Virus record (IMG/VR): IMGVR_UViG_3300017698_000036
Location: 74,657-138,656 of that record
Source: a virus
Direction: 5' to 3' (one strand)
DNA: 64,000 bases
Shown here: positions 28,335 to 38,372 of the stretch, in pieces
Position numbering within the stretch: the first letter of the stretch is position 1
How the letters are laid out: every line of letters begins with the position of its first letter
Made by a program: the position numbers and the translations under genes
Notes under the pieces: generated by a model
Told to the model about the DNA's origin: nothing
Databases searched by the model: none
The model's input: only the letters and a program-made list of their open reading frames with translations

Positions 28335-31300
28335 ATGAGTAAAAGACAATACGTTCCACTTCACACACACACTGGTCTTGGATCCCCCTATGATGGCCTC
28401 GGATACCCAGATGAATTCGTAAAATTCGTATCTGAAAAGGGTATGAACACAATGGCCATTACCGAACATGGTAACATGAACTCTTTGGGAGAGTTTGTAT
28501 CTGCATTAAAGTCACACAGTAAAGACGATGGAGGAATGAAGGGTATATATGGGGTGGAGGCTTACTACATACCCTCTATAGACGAATGGCAAAAGAACTA
28601 TGATTTGTTCGAACAGTTGAAGAAGGACAAAAAGATTAAACGTGGTACAAAGAAGATTAATATGGATACGGACGATATCACTGAAGGGTCTTATGTCGAC
28701 ATAGCTTGTTGGGTTTCTAAGGATGACTCTGTTGATATTGATGATATTGTAATGAAGATAAAGGAGAGATATCACATCCTCCTCTTGGCCATGGATGAGG
28801 AGGGGTTAAAGAATTTATATACCCTCGTTTCCAAATCTCACATGGTTGAAGATAAAAGATATTTTTATAAGTTTCCACGTATTGACAAGGATCTACTTAT
28901 GAGGCATAATAAGGGTATCATAGGTTCTTCTGCGTGTATGGGAGGAGTACTTGGTGGTGTATACTGGAACTATAAGGATGTTGTACCCGATATACAGAAT
29001 AAGATAGATGACACCAACAGGGAGTTTCAATCCATCTTTGGTGATAGATGGTACAATGAAATTCAGTTTAATAAAATTAAAGGTCAAAAAGAGATAAATG
29101 ATCACGTAATCAAATCGGCTCATAAACTCAACATACCAATTATAGCCACTGTGGATAGTCATTTTACAGATAAGAATCTATGGCAGGCTAGGTGGTTATA
29201 TAATAAAATGAGGTTCATGAGAGGATCAAGTGTTCAGGAGATAGAAATACCTCAGGATATTGATGAGTTAACATGTCAACTTTATATGAAGGACGGTGAC
29301 GAGGTGTTCGAGTCATATAAGGAGTATTCTTCTGAGATACCTGAAGAGTTGGTTGAGAGGGCAATTCAAGAAACGGTTAAGCTGTCGGACAGAATAGACA
29401 CGTTCTACCCAGACAACTCCGTAAGACTCCCTAATTTTATTCTACCCGAAGGTGTTGATCCTGATGATGAGTTACGTAGACTTGGTCTTGAGGGTTTAAG
29501 ACAGAAGGGTTTCATAAATGATCCGGATTATAATGAACGATTGGAACATGAGTTAGATGTTATCATTTATAGGGGATTTTCACGTTACTTCCTGGCCATG
29601 AAGGTGATCGTAGGTAAGGCCAAAGAGACTATGCTAAATGGAGTCTCTCGTGGTTCTGCGGGAGGTTCACTATTGTCCTACTGTTTGGGTATAACCGACA
29701 TTGATCCCATACCCATGAACTTGGATTTTTCAAGGTTTATGACTAAGGGAAGTGGTGGTTATCCGGATATTGATTTCGACGTAAGTGCACCTGCAGACTT
29801 TAAGGAACTGTTGAAGTCCGAATGGGGGGAAACCTCCTTGGCCTATGTTAGTAATTGGAACAAGTTAAGTTTCAAAAGCTTGATCAAGGATATAGCTAAG
29901 TTTCACGGTATACCATTCCAGGAAGTTAATAATGCGACCACCCAAATGATTGAACAGATTGTTGATACAGTCCGGACAATGGATGAGTACAAGAATGAGA
30001 TCATATCCGCCAGTAGTTTTAAGGTTGAGTTAAAACATCTCAACTACTCTAAGGCTTATAGGGAGTTTGTTACAAGATATCCTGAAATAAAGGAACCGTT
30101 GGAGACTCTCTTGGGACAGGTTCGTGATGTCGCTACCCACGCTGGTGGTGTCATTATCGGTGACAATCTTGAGAGTGATATGCCACTGATACGTAAGAAT
30201 GACAAACTCCAAACTCCATGGCCAGAGAGTGGAAAACATCGTGTGTTGGAGGAGATGGGTTTCGTCAAGTTCGACATATTGGGTATCTCTACTTTGAAGA
30301 TGATTGAGAATACTATAGAGTTGATATTGAAGAAACGTGGTAACTCGTCTCCATCTTTTGAGGATGTTAGAAACTACTATGAACAAATTATGCTCCCTAG
30401 TGTTCTAAATATGGAAGATCCCGACGTATGGAAGAATATATTTCATGACGGTAATATGATAGGAGTTTTTCAATTTACGAGTCCCGGTATGCAAAGTTTC
30501 TGTATGCAGGTAAAACCAAGCTCCATCGTAGAATTGGCAGCTGTTACCGCCATCTACAGACCAGGACCGATGGGTGCCAATGTACATAACGACTATGCAC
30601 AAACTGCAAGTGGGAAAAGAAAGTCTGTTTATCTTGGAGACGAACATCGTAATGTGACAGAAAAGACGTTTGGTTATTTAGTATTCCAGGAACAACTAGC
30701 TGAATTGGTTCATAAGCTGGGTGACGGTATTACGATAGATGAGGGTCATAAGATTCGTAAATTGTTAACCAGTAAAGGTGAGAAGCAAAAGCTACAGGCC
30801 GAAGAGTACAAGGATAAGTTCATTGTTGGGTGTAAGGCTCATGGTATCACCAAAACAAAAGCCCTCAAGCTGTGGGCAGACATTGTAAAGTTCTCAGGTT
30901 ATGGTTTCAACAAGATTCATGCCGTAGGTTATTCTGTGGTATCATATCAGTGCGCCTGGCTCTGTCACTATTTCCCTGTGGAGTGGGCTAGTGCCTATCT
31001 GAATAAGGAATCTACCAGTAAGTTGGAGAAATCTATTGCCACAGTTCAAAAGTCTGGATTTAAGATTATGGAAGTGGATATTAACAGTTCGGGGTCGGAG
31101 TGGATTCCAATTGGTCAAAACGAGGTTGTACAGCCGTTAACTTCAATTAAAGGGTTGGGTATTAAGACCGTTGAGGCCGTAGAGAGGAATCGACCAATCG
31201 CAAGTCTGGAAGAGTTGATGTTTGGTGGTAAGTTTAAGAAATCTGAGTTGAATAAAAAGGCCATGAATCTGTTGATCAGATCTGGAGCCATGGATGACTT

Positions 31301-31850
31301 ATTACGAGTCGTTCCAGAGGTTAAAAATAAGAAACAGATAGTTACAGTCCTGGAAGAGGAAAAGAAAGGATTCAAAACATATGAAGATTTCACTCAGGCT
31401 TTGACTAAATGTGATGTTCCAAATTACACGTTTGAGGAAAAGATAGAAAATATATTTAACCTCACCGGGGTGTTCCCGTCTCATCTGATATTTGATGATC
31501 AATTGAGGGACGATATGAACAAGCGTGGAATATTGAGTCTGACTCAGTTTGAGGATCTGTACAATGAGATAAAAAATGACGAAAGTATAAATGACTATAG
31601 TTGGGATAATTTGAGTGTCTGGTTTATACTTCGTGGATATGAGGTTAAAAGTACGCGTAGGAATCGTAAGTATGTACGTACCTGTATGGTAGATGATGAA
31701 GGCTTGGTGAGATATATGAATATGTGGAACTCTAACGATGAAACAGAGAGTAAGTTACAGCGTTACGGTCTATATCTTGCCAAAGTGAAATACTCGGAAC
31801 AGTGGGGATTTTCCATTAGTTCAAATAAGAATTTTATGAAAGTTAAGTAG
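28335..31850 (+). CDS. dnaE: DNA polymerase III alpha subunit
   Basis: PHP domain (LHTH, AITEHG), SRGSAGGSL, YPDIDFD, THAGGV, KFDILG, RPGP, VFQEQ, GYGFNKIHA. Confidence 0.95.
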   Translation: MSKRQYVPLHTHTGLGSPYDGLGYPDEFVKFVSEKGMNTMAITEHGNMNSLGEFVSALKSHSKDDGGMKGIYGVEAYYIPSIDEWQKNYDLFEQLKKDKKIKRGTKKINMDTDDITEGSYVDIACWVSKDDSVDIDDIVMKIKERYHILLLAMDEEGLKNLYTLVSKSHMVEDKRYFYKFPRIDKDLLMRHNKGIIGSSACMGGVLGGVYWNYKDVVPDIQNKIDDTNREFQSIFGDRWYNEIQFNKIKGQKEINDHVIKSAHKLNIPIIATVDSHFTDKNLWQARWLYNKMRFMRGSSVQEIEIPQDIDELTCQLYMKDGDEVFESYKEYSSEIPEELVERAIQETVKLSDRIDTFYPDNSVRLPNFILPEGVDPDDELRRLGLEGLRQKGFINDPDYNERLEHELDVIIYRGFSRYFLAMKVIVGKAKETMLNGVSRGSAGGSLLSYCLGITDIDPIPMNLDFSRFMTKGSGGYPDIDFDVSAPADFKELLKSEWGETSLAYVSNWNKLSFKSLIKDIAKFHGIPFQEVNNATTQMIEQIVDTVRTMDEYKNEIISASSFKVELKHLNYSKAYREFVTRYPEIKEPLETLLGQVRDVATHAGGVIIGDNLESDMPLIRKNDKLQTPWPESGKHRVLEEMGFVKFDILGISTLKMIENTIELILKKRGNSSPSFEDVRNYYEQIMLPSVLNMEDPDVWKNIFHDGNMIGVFQFTSPGMQSFCMQVKPSSIVELAAVTAIYRPGPMGANVHNDYAQTASGKRKSVYLGDEHRNVTEKTFGYLVFQEQLAELVHKLGDGITIDEGHKIRKLLTSKGEKQKLQAEEYKDKFIVGCKAHGITKTKALKLWADIVKFSGYGFNKIHAVGYSVVSYQCAWLCHYFPVEWASAYLNKESTSKLEKSIATVQKSGFKIMEVDINSSGSEWIPIGQNEVVQPLTSIKGLGIKTVEAVERNRPIASLEELMFGGKFKKSELNKKAMNLLIRSGAMDDLLRVVPEVKNKKQIVTVLEEEKKGFKTYEDFTQALTKCDVPNYTFEEKIENIFNLTGVFPSHLIFDDQLRDDMNKRGILSLTQFEDLYNEIKNDESINDYSWDNLSVWFILRGYEVKSTRRNRKYVRTCMVDDEGLVRYMNMWNSNDETESKLQRYGLYLAKVKYSEQWGFSISSNKNFMKVK

Positions 31851-31858
31851 GTGTAAAT

Positions 31859-32203
31859 ATGATTGTTATATTTGGAGTTGCCATCGGCCTAGCGCTACTG
31901 CTCTGGTTTATAAATAGTACGATAAATCATGTAGTTGAGAAGAAGATTACAGCCGCTGTGGTCAAAGGCCTAGAGAAGACGGTTGTAAAGTATATAGAAG
32001 ATTACGATAAACATGTAGACAGTAAAATACACACATTGTACGGACTTATGATATTAGTTAGAGGTATGTCGGATGAGGAGTTCAAAAACACCTTCTCCCT
32101 CAACTTTAATGATACAGAGTATACGTACGATGTTAGGGACAAGAAGGCAGTAATAACTTATATAAAGAAGGCAAAAGAACTCATGGAGGAAAAAGATGAC
32201 TAA
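31859..32203 (+). CDS. Small membrane-anchored protein
   Basis: MIVIFGVAIGLALLLWFI N-terminal TM segment. Confidence 0.55.
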   Translation: MIVIFGVAIGLALLLWFINSTINHVVEKKITAAVVKGLEKTVVKYIEDYDKHVDSKIHTLYGLMILVRGMSDEEFKNTFSLNFNDTEYTYDVRDKKAVITYIKKAKELMEEKDD

Positions 32204-32474
32204 GAAAGATTTAATTAACAAATTGGCCAATGAACGTGGGTGTAGTAAGGTTGAGGCCACAGAGATTGTAGAGACATTGTTGGATATTATGGTTGAGGAA
32301 CTTACCGACGGTGGAGAGATTAAGGTTAGTGGTTTTGGTGTACTGTCTTCAAAAGAGTACAAGGCCAAAACCATCCATTCGGGTATTACAGGTGATATCA
32401 TTAATGTACCAAAAAAGTATGTTGTTAAGTTTAAATCCAGTAAGGTGTTAGAGAAAAAGGTCAATAGAGACTAG
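32196..32474 (+). CDS. HU/IHF-like DNA-binding protein
   Basis: MTKKDLINKLA, GGEIKVSGFGVL, ITGDIINVPKKYVVKFKSSK. Confidence 0.9.
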   Translation: MTKKDLINKLANERGCSKVEATEIVETLLDIMVEELTDGGEIKVSGFGVLSSKEYKAKTIHSGITGDIINVPKKYVVKFKSSKVLEKKVNRD

Positions 32475-32482
32475 GAGAGTTT

Positions 32483-32932
32483 ATGTATCTAAAGTATTCT
32501 AAATTAAAAGACGATGTTATGGATCCAACCCGTGCAAACCCCTCAGATGCAGGATTGGATGTATACCACTATAGTGATGTAGATATTACCGTTAGTCCAG
32601 GTGAAAGTGTGATACTTAAGACCGGGTTGAAATTTGAGGTACCTCACGGTTATATGCTTCAAGTGTGTAATAGGGGTGGTATGGGGGCGAAGAAGAGTTT
32701 GGTTTTCGGAGCTCATATTATCGACTCAGGGTATGACGGTCCAGTATTTATCAATCTTCATAATATTGGCACTACCAAACAGGTGATATGTGGAGGTGAT
32801 AAGATCGCACAGTTGATTCTAACACCGGTAGTATCGTTTATTCCAATTTTGTGTGATGAAAAAGAACTTTACGACGAAGATGTATCTATGTCTAATAGAG
32901 GGGATGGAAGTCTGGGTAGTACTGGTCAATAG
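32483..32932 (+). CDS. dut: dUTPase (trimeric)
   Basis: AGLDV, NRGG, IIDSGYDG, GDKIAQL, RGDGSLGSTG. Confidence 0.95.
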   Translation: MYLKYSKLKDDVMDPTRANPSDAGLDVYHYSDVDITVSPGESVILKTGLKFEVPHGYMLQVCNRGGMGAKKSLVFGAHIIDSGYDGPVFINLHNIGTTKQVICGGDKIAQLILTPVVSFIPILCDEKELYDEDVSMSNRGDGSLGSTGQ

Positions 32933-32944
32933 GGGGTATGTTAA

Positions 32945-33022
32945 GGGATGTCACATATCTAAATAAGACACTGTTGATCTCACGGAAATAGTACAGGTCT
33001 AGGTGGGATAGTGTGACATCCC
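32945..33022. other. Extended intergenic stem-loop (possible structured RNA or terminator-like element)
   Basis: GGGATGTCACA (32945-55) / TGTGACATCCC (33012-22) perfect 11 bp, continued by TATCT/GGATA, and an inner AGAC-A-CTGT/ACAG-GTCT stem. Confidence 0.55.
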
Positions 33023-33092
33023 CAAACTATCATTTTTATAGTTAATTAAGTGGTTAATCTGATATTTAAATACAGATTAGGAGATTACGATA

Positions 33093-33545
33093 ATGGCAAA
33101 TAAATTAGGAAATAACTATAGAAATCACACAGTAGCAGGACCCTCAATTAATCGTACGGACGTAATTAAGGGCATTATAGGGTTTTCTGAGACTCTAAAG
33201 AATGAAAACCCTGACTTTTATAAATATGGTCTGAAATTGAAAGAAGTTGATTGGAGTAACGAGAAGAACGTTGATTTCATGATGGACAAACTACTTGGCA
33301 TAATGGACAATATCGCTCCCGAAGGTTCAGACTTTAAACAGGGTGAGGACGGTTCATGGTCGTTTGTGTCTGATGTAACCATCGAACCAGAACCTCAGGA
33401 TCCTATTGATGGTAGTGAGGATAGAGCGTTTCAGTCTGAGGGAGGTAACGAGTTTACATATATACCCGCTCCAGTACCAGTATCTGAAAGTCATATTAAG
33501 TATATATATTCAGAGACCATAAAGAACGTATTAAAAGAAGACTAA
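33093..33545 (+). CDS. Hypothetical protein, possible late/virion protein
   Basis: AGGAG RBS; ends VSESHIKYIYSETIKNVLKED; GATATTTA upstream. Confidence 0.55.
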   Translation: MANKLGNNYRNHTVAGPSINRTDVIKGIIGFSETLKNENPDFYKYGLKLKEVDWSNEKNVDFMMDKLLGIMDNIAPEGSDFKQGEDGSWSFVSDVTIEPEPQDPIDGSEDRAFQSEGGNEFTYIPAPVPVSESHIKYIYSETIKNVLKED

Positions 33546-33561
33546 TAGTAAAGAGGTTAAA

Positions 33562-34620
33562 ATGGAAAAAAAGAGGGCTTATGGATATGACGATATAGTG
33601 TTGTGTCCCACATATTCGGCCATAGAGAGTAGGTCTGAGGTAGATGTGGGAATCACTCTGGCCAATGGGATAGAACTGTCTCTACCCGTCATTGCGGCCC
33701 CCATGGACACTGTATGTGATTCTAGTATGGCGATAGCTATAGGGCTTAGTGGTGGATTGGGAATAATACACCGTTATATGTCTATAGAAGAACAGGTTGT
33801 ACATATTAAAAAGACATTGAGTAAGATACCTTATGTAGGGTTTGCATGTGGTCTTCATGGTAAGGATGGTATGGATCGTGTTGTGGCGGGTGTGGACGCA
33901 GGAGCCCAGTTGGTTTGTGTTGATGTTGCCTTCGGAGCCACCACAATGTCCAACAACATGGTACACGAGATCAGAAAAAGATACGGAGACTCGGTACACG
34001 TCATGGTTGGAAACATAGCCACAGAGAGTCAGGTAACGTTTATTGACAATAACACCAAGTCTATATCCCATGTTGACAGTTTCAGAGTTGGTATTGGAGG
34101 AGGTTCAGTGTGTACAACATCACGTGATACGGGATTTGGTATACCCACAGTAACATCCATAGAGTCGGTACGAAGTGGTATGGGCTATACTGTCAATCGA
34201 GCTTTAATAGCCGATGGTGGTATCAAGTATACTGGTGACATCGTAAAGGCCATCGCTGTTGGAGCGGATGTGGTCATGTTAGGTTCCATGTTGGCCGGAT
34301 ATAAGGAGAGCGCTGGTAAGAGTGTGGACGGTGAATATAAAGAGTTCAGAGGAATGGCCAGTAGGGAAGCTAGGGAAGAGTATACAAAGACCGAAACTAA
34401 GCACGTAGAGGGTATCTCAACAAAACTTCTGATTAAAGATGGGTCGGTTACCGACCTGTTTGATTCGATTGAGGCCAACATTAAATCAGGCCTGTCTTAT
34501 GTAGGGGCTAGAAACCTTAAGGAGTTTAGAGGTAGGGTACGTTATTATGTTACCACACCTGCAGGATTCCAGGAGAGATTACCACGGTATGCAGAAAAAA
34601 CACCCAATGGGGCTGAATAA
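33562..34620 (+). CDS. IMP dehydrogenase / GMP reductase family enzyme without CBS domains
   Basis: PVIAAPMDTV, GLGIIHRY, GIGGGSVCTT, IADGGI, VMLGSMLAG, FRGMAS, EGIS, SGLSYVGA. Confidence 0.9.
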   Translation: MEKKRAYGYDDIVLCPTYSAIESRSEVDVGITLANGIELSLPVIAAPMDTVCDSSMAIAIGLSGGLGIIHRYMSIEEQVVHIKKTLSKIPYVGFACGLHGKDGMDRVVAGVDAGAQLVCVDVAFGATTMSNNMVHEIRKRYGDSVHVMVGNIATESQVTFIDNNTKSISHVDSFRVGIGGGSVCTTSRDTGFGIPTVTSIESVRSGMGYTVNRALIADGGIKYTGDIVKAIAVGADVVMLGSMLAGYKESAGKSVDGEYKEFRGMASREAREEYTKTETKHVEGISTKLLIKDGSVTDLFDSIEANIKSGLSYVGARNLKEFRGRVRYYVTTPAGFQERLPRYAEKTPNGAE

Positions 34621-35050
34621 GAATAGAACTTTCAAGTCGTACAAGTCAACACGGAAGGGGTGGGGTAAGAGGTATTCCTCCAAAGCCAACAAAGAACAGG
34701 CCTTGGAAGAAATAGAACTTGATAAAAGGTTGATGGACCTACTTGACCTAAAGGACGAGTATGAGATTCCAAGAATATATACGAGGCTAATAAGGGAGAA
34801 GTGGACATTATACGATATCTTACGTATACTGTTAGAGGGTTTTATTGTCGACAATTCTAATATAATGAAATATTTGAGTCTAACAAAAAGTGAAGAGAAT
34901 GAACCTTCATACCCTAATAAATATAGAGAGTTAGATGAAAAAGATATTGAAGTTAGAGAAGAGTTGAGAAAGATGTTCGATTATGAATATTTAAGTAAAG
35001 AAGAAAAAGAGTCACTATTTGATTTAATAGAGCAAGAAATGGATAATTAA
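34607..35050 (+). CDS. Hypothetical protein
   Basis: Basic N-terminus, acidic C-terminus; overlaps end of IMPDH-like gene. Confidence 0.55.
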   Translation: MGLNKNRTFKSYKSTRKGWGKRYSSKANKEQALEEIELDKRLMDLLDLKDEYEIPRIYTRLIREKWTLYDILRILLEGFIVDNSNIMKYLSLTKSEENEPSYPNKYRELDEKDIEVREELRKMFDYEYLSKEEKESLFDLIEQEMDN

Positions 35051-35087
35051 CAGCACGTTAACGTATTTTAAAGGAGATATATCGATT

Positions 35088-35837
35088 ATGAGTAACAAGA
35101 TTAACCTTTCTGAAAAACAAACCAGAAGATTTATGAAGTTGGCCGGGAATGGTAACTATGCAGACTCTTTTCTTAAAGAGCAAGAGATCACTAAAAAGAC
35201 ACCAGAACAACCAGAGCCCCAACCTTACAATGGCGATACCAGCGGAGTTGGTACCCCCTACAGTGAGGCCAATGACAAGAAGACGGAAGTACCCCCTGAG
35301 AAGGAAACTAAGGATCCTCTCGATGTTCCTATTAATGAGGACGTAAACGAACTCGAAGACAAACTCTACAACAAGCTTATGGAACAGTTTGACATCGAAG
35401 ATGAAGAGGACGAAGTAGATGTAGAGATGGGTGGTGACGATTCTGATCCTTTTGATTTGGGTGGTGAAGAAGACTTCAATTCTGATGAAGAAGACATGGG
35501 TGGTGAGCCTGCAGAACTAGATATGGGTACAGGTGAACTCAGTGTATCTCCAGAAGACGCCAAAGAAGTTGCAACAGTACTCATGGGAGCTCTTAGTGAT
35601 ATCCTACCTGGTGTAGATATTGCCGTAGAGGAAGTTGGTGTAGAAGTAGAGCCTGAGATTGAACTACCTGCAGAAGACGCTCTTCCTGAACCTGAAATTG
35701 AAACTCCCGAAGAGGAAGTAGAAGATGCAGAAGAGGAAGAGATGGACGATCTTTTCGAGTCTAAAATTAAAGACTATGCCAAGCGCCTTGTAATGGAAAC
35801 AATGAAATCCATTAAAACCAAAAAGAAAAGTAAATAA
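35088..35837 (+). CDS. Highly acidic protein, possible head scaffold/internal protein
   Basis: LSEKQTRRFMKLAG start, Glu/Asp-rich core, LSE/LKE/INE/LME/LFE motifs; AAGGAG RBS. Confidence 0.55.
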   Translation: MSNKINLSEKQTRRFMKLAGNGNYADSFLKEQEITKKTPEQPEPQPYNGDTSGVGTPYSEANDKKTEVPPEKETKDPLDVPINEDVNELEDKLYNKLMEQFDIEDEEDEVDVEMGGDDSDPFDLGGEEDFNSDEEDMGGEPAELDMGTGELSVSPEDAKEVATVLMGALSDILPGVDIAVEEVGVEVEPEIELPAEDALPEPEIETPEEEVEDAEEEEMDDLFESKIKDYAKRLVMETMKSIKTKKKSK

Positions 35838-35898
35838 ACTATCTTATAAAAAATAAAGTTTAAAAAAAGAAGTAATCTAAAACGGGGAAACCTAAACA

Positions 35899-36690
35899 GT
35901 GGAGAAATTTATGTTCAAATCTATGTTCAAAGACTATATCAGAAAAACCATTATCGAATTCTTAAACGGTGGCCCCCTAGAAGAAGAGCAAACGATGACC
36001 AAGGAGGAACTGGTAAAACACATTCAGGAGCAGGTAGAGGGAAAGGAGGAAGAGGAAGGAGAGTCTAAAAGTTTAATCAGTCAACTACAGATCGAAGAGG
36101 CTTTGAAGATTTTAGAACTTCAAGTACCTATTTATATTAACAGAGTGATCGATGAAAAGCTTTTCGACTCAGTTATTACAAGACTTCATGATATTCTATT
36201 TTTACGTAAACGTATTAAAGAGTTAAAGGAGAAGTATCCAGACGAAAAGATGCTCTCCCACGTTGATTTAAATGCACCAGTAAAGATTGTCATTGCGACT
36301 CCAGGTGGTAATGTACGTGAAGGAATGGCCATCTATGACGCTATGCAACTTCTCAAGAAGGATGGTTGTATTGTTGAGACGATAGGATCAGGACAGGTAT
36401 TTTCTATGGGAACTCTTCTGTTGGCGGGAGGTTCTAAAGGTCATCGTTATATGACCAAAAACTCAATGTTAATGATACACAATATTAGTGGAGGTACCAT
36501 TGGAACTCTACCAGATATGGAAACCAGACTGAAAGAGATGAAACGTCTTAAGGAACAGTTTTTCAGTGTATTCAAGACGGATACAGATTTTTCAGAGGAC
36601 CATCTTAGGGATTTGTTAAATGAGAAGACGGATCAGTATTTGACCCCTTCTGAGTGTCTTAGATACGGCGTTGTTGACAAGGTTATCTAA
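35899..36690 (+). CDS. ClpP-like serine protease with N-terminal extension
   Basis: IATPGGNV-x2-GMAIYD, VFSMG (Ser), LMIHN (His), KTDQYL (Asp), YGVVDKVI; about 100 aa extra N-terminus; start may be 35911 or 35923. Confidence 0.88.
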   Translation: MEKFMFKSMFKDYIRKTIIEFLNGGPLEEEQTMTKEELVKHIQEQVEGKEEEEGESKSLISQLQIEEALKILELQVPIYINRVIDEKLFDSVITRLHDILFLRKRIKELKEKYPDEKMLSHVDLNAPVKIVIATPGGNVREGMAIYDAMQLLKKDGCIVETIGSGQVFSMGTLLLAGGSKGHRYMTKNSMLMIHNISGGTIGTLPDMETRLKEMKRLKEQFFSVFKTDTDFSEDHLRDLLNEKTDQYLTPSECLRYGVVDKVI

Positions 36691-36693
36691 TAT

Positions 36694-36763
36694 TTATACT
36701 ATGTGGGTCAATATATAATAAATGTCAAAAAAACATATAAAGTACTTGACTCACATAGTATAA
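36694..36763. repeat. 18 bp inverted repeat (1 mismatch), 34 nt spacer, overlapping a promoter -35
   Basis: TTATACTATGTGGGTCAA (36694-711) and TTGACTCACATAGTATAA (36746-763). Confidence 0.85.
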
Positions 36764-36774
36764 TGTGCTATAAT
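36746..36774 (+). promoter_or_regulatory. sigma70-type promoter
   Basis: TTGACT-17-TATAAT. Confidence 0.75.
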
Positions 36775-36988
36775 ATATATAGGTAGTAAAAAAATCAATT
36801 TTAAAAATAGAAGTCATAAGAGGGAAAGGTTCTAAAGGGCCCTGATATCGTTAACATATCTTAAAAACAAATCTGGGAGTATAATGCCGATTTGTTTTCT
36901 TTAGCACAGAAATTTATAACATAAAATTTAATTTAACAAGGGGAGTATCGTTTATAGATATACAGTATTTCCCTAGTGGAGGTAAGTA

Positions 36989-38362
36989 ATGAATAGTAGT
37001 AATGATTATAGAAATATGAATGGTAGTGAGTTTAATAAATTGTTTAGTTCGGAGCGAAAGGAGAAGGCGCGAGGGTATTTTATTGATGAGTATGTTGATA
37101 AAAACAATCCTCTTCCGGTAAGTTCAAAATGGTGTTCTAACAACTCTGAATACACCGAAGTCAAGCTAAGGGCCCCCTCCACAGTGAGGAGTTTGATAAA
37201 CGGTGCAAAGGTGAAAAGAGGGATTTTTAAGTCTGGTATTGAGTGTACAGCTACCACTAAGGATGGTAAACAAGTACCAGTCGAACTCAAACCCTCTGAT
37301 TTGGTAAAGATACCAGAGTTGGGAGGACAACCAAAGAATAAGTCGGTTCATCATGAGATTGAGTTTGTGGATAAGTTGAACAACGATCTTAAGTCAATTA
37401 TGAGTTCACCTGACACTGGTATTGATCTTGTTATGGAGGACACCGATTCTGGTATTAAGACGGTGATTCGTGGTGTGTTTTTGGTTGAGAGACTCGGAAA
37501 GGCCTGCCTGGCGGATGTAGTACTGCTTGACGTTAATGGTAATCCTGTTGGGCATTTATCTCACAAAGCCGGTGTAAGTAATAGACAACAAGACTCTTCA
37601 TGTAAACAGAAGCCATTGTTAAGAATGGCCACCAAGGAGTATCATAGGGTTATACGTCTTATTACGGTACCATTTCAAACGGCTGATGATGTGTTAACAT
37701 CCAAGGGTAAGGGAGGTTGTGTGGGTTATCACGGTAACCCCCTTCTGAAGTATGGTAAGGGTAAGGGACGTCTATCTGGTTGTTTATACAGTGTTGTCAA
37801 CGATCCCAGAGTTATAATGGCTAGTAAGTTTGGTGTAAATTACTCTCACAATACTCCCAATGTCGAGAACTGTGAGGCTGTAATATACGGTACAGTTAAA
37901 TTATTACATACCAACCCAGGTGAATGTACTATGATAGCTGACGGTAAGGACAGCGCTATACTGACCAAGGAACATTATAGTAGTTTAATTAGAGAGGGCC
38001 AACCGTTACCCCCTCTGTATTACCAGGCTAGATGTACTGAAGATTCTGGTCGTAAGATCGGTGATATTGGTCGACTACGTGAGTTTATTGTAGATCGTAA
38101 TTTGATATTTGATACCAAGGGAGGTGTCAAAAGAACATGTAACGCTCTACCCTTAACCAATATTCAGGTAATGAGATATTTGATTGAAACGAGTAAAACG
38201 ATTCCTTGGACTTGGAAGAAGGGTGAGATGACTCTCAAAGACTCTATGTTGATGTACTTTGAGGATGTTGTAGGAAACGGAATACCAGTTCCAGTCACAA
38301 TTATCAATGAGTTGGATGACTGTCTGAAGGATCCAACGTACGGTATAGTAGATAGAACTTAG
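36989..38362 (+). CDS. Hypothetical protein with a possible PD-(D/E)xK-type nuclease core
   Basis: HEIEF...LADVVLL...HLSHKAG resembles E..AD..SHK restriction-like active sites; has its own promoter and terminator. Confidence 0.35.
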   Translation: MNSSNDYRNMNGSEFNKLFSSERKEKARGYFIDEYVDKNNPLPVSSKWCSNNSEYTEVKLRAPSTVRSLINGAKVKRGIFKSGIECTATTKDGKQVPVELKPSDLVKIPELGGQPKNKSVHHEIEFVDKLNNDLKSIMSSPDTGIDLVMEDTDSGIKTVIRGVFLVERLGKACLADVVLLDVNGNPVGHLSHKAGVSNRQQDSSCKQKPLLRMATKEYHRVIRLITVPFQTADDVLTSKGKGGCVGYHGNPLLKYGKGKGRLSGCLYSVVNDPRVIMASKFGVNYSHNTPNVENCEAVIYGTVKLLHTNPGECTMIADGKDSAILTKEHYSSLIREGQPLPPLYYQARCTEDSGRKIGDIGRLREFIVDRNLIFDTKGGVKRTCNALPLTNIQVMRYLIETSKTIPWTWKKGEMTLKDSMLMYFEDVVGNGIPVPVTIINELDDCLKDPTYGIVDRT

Positions 38363-38372
38363 TAGAGATTTG

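Noticed and set aside
36694-36711. Divergent minus-strand promoter in the left arm of the 18 bp inverted repeat
   Set aside because: TTGACC is present on the minus strand but there is no good -10 at the right spacing; kept only as part of the IR finding.
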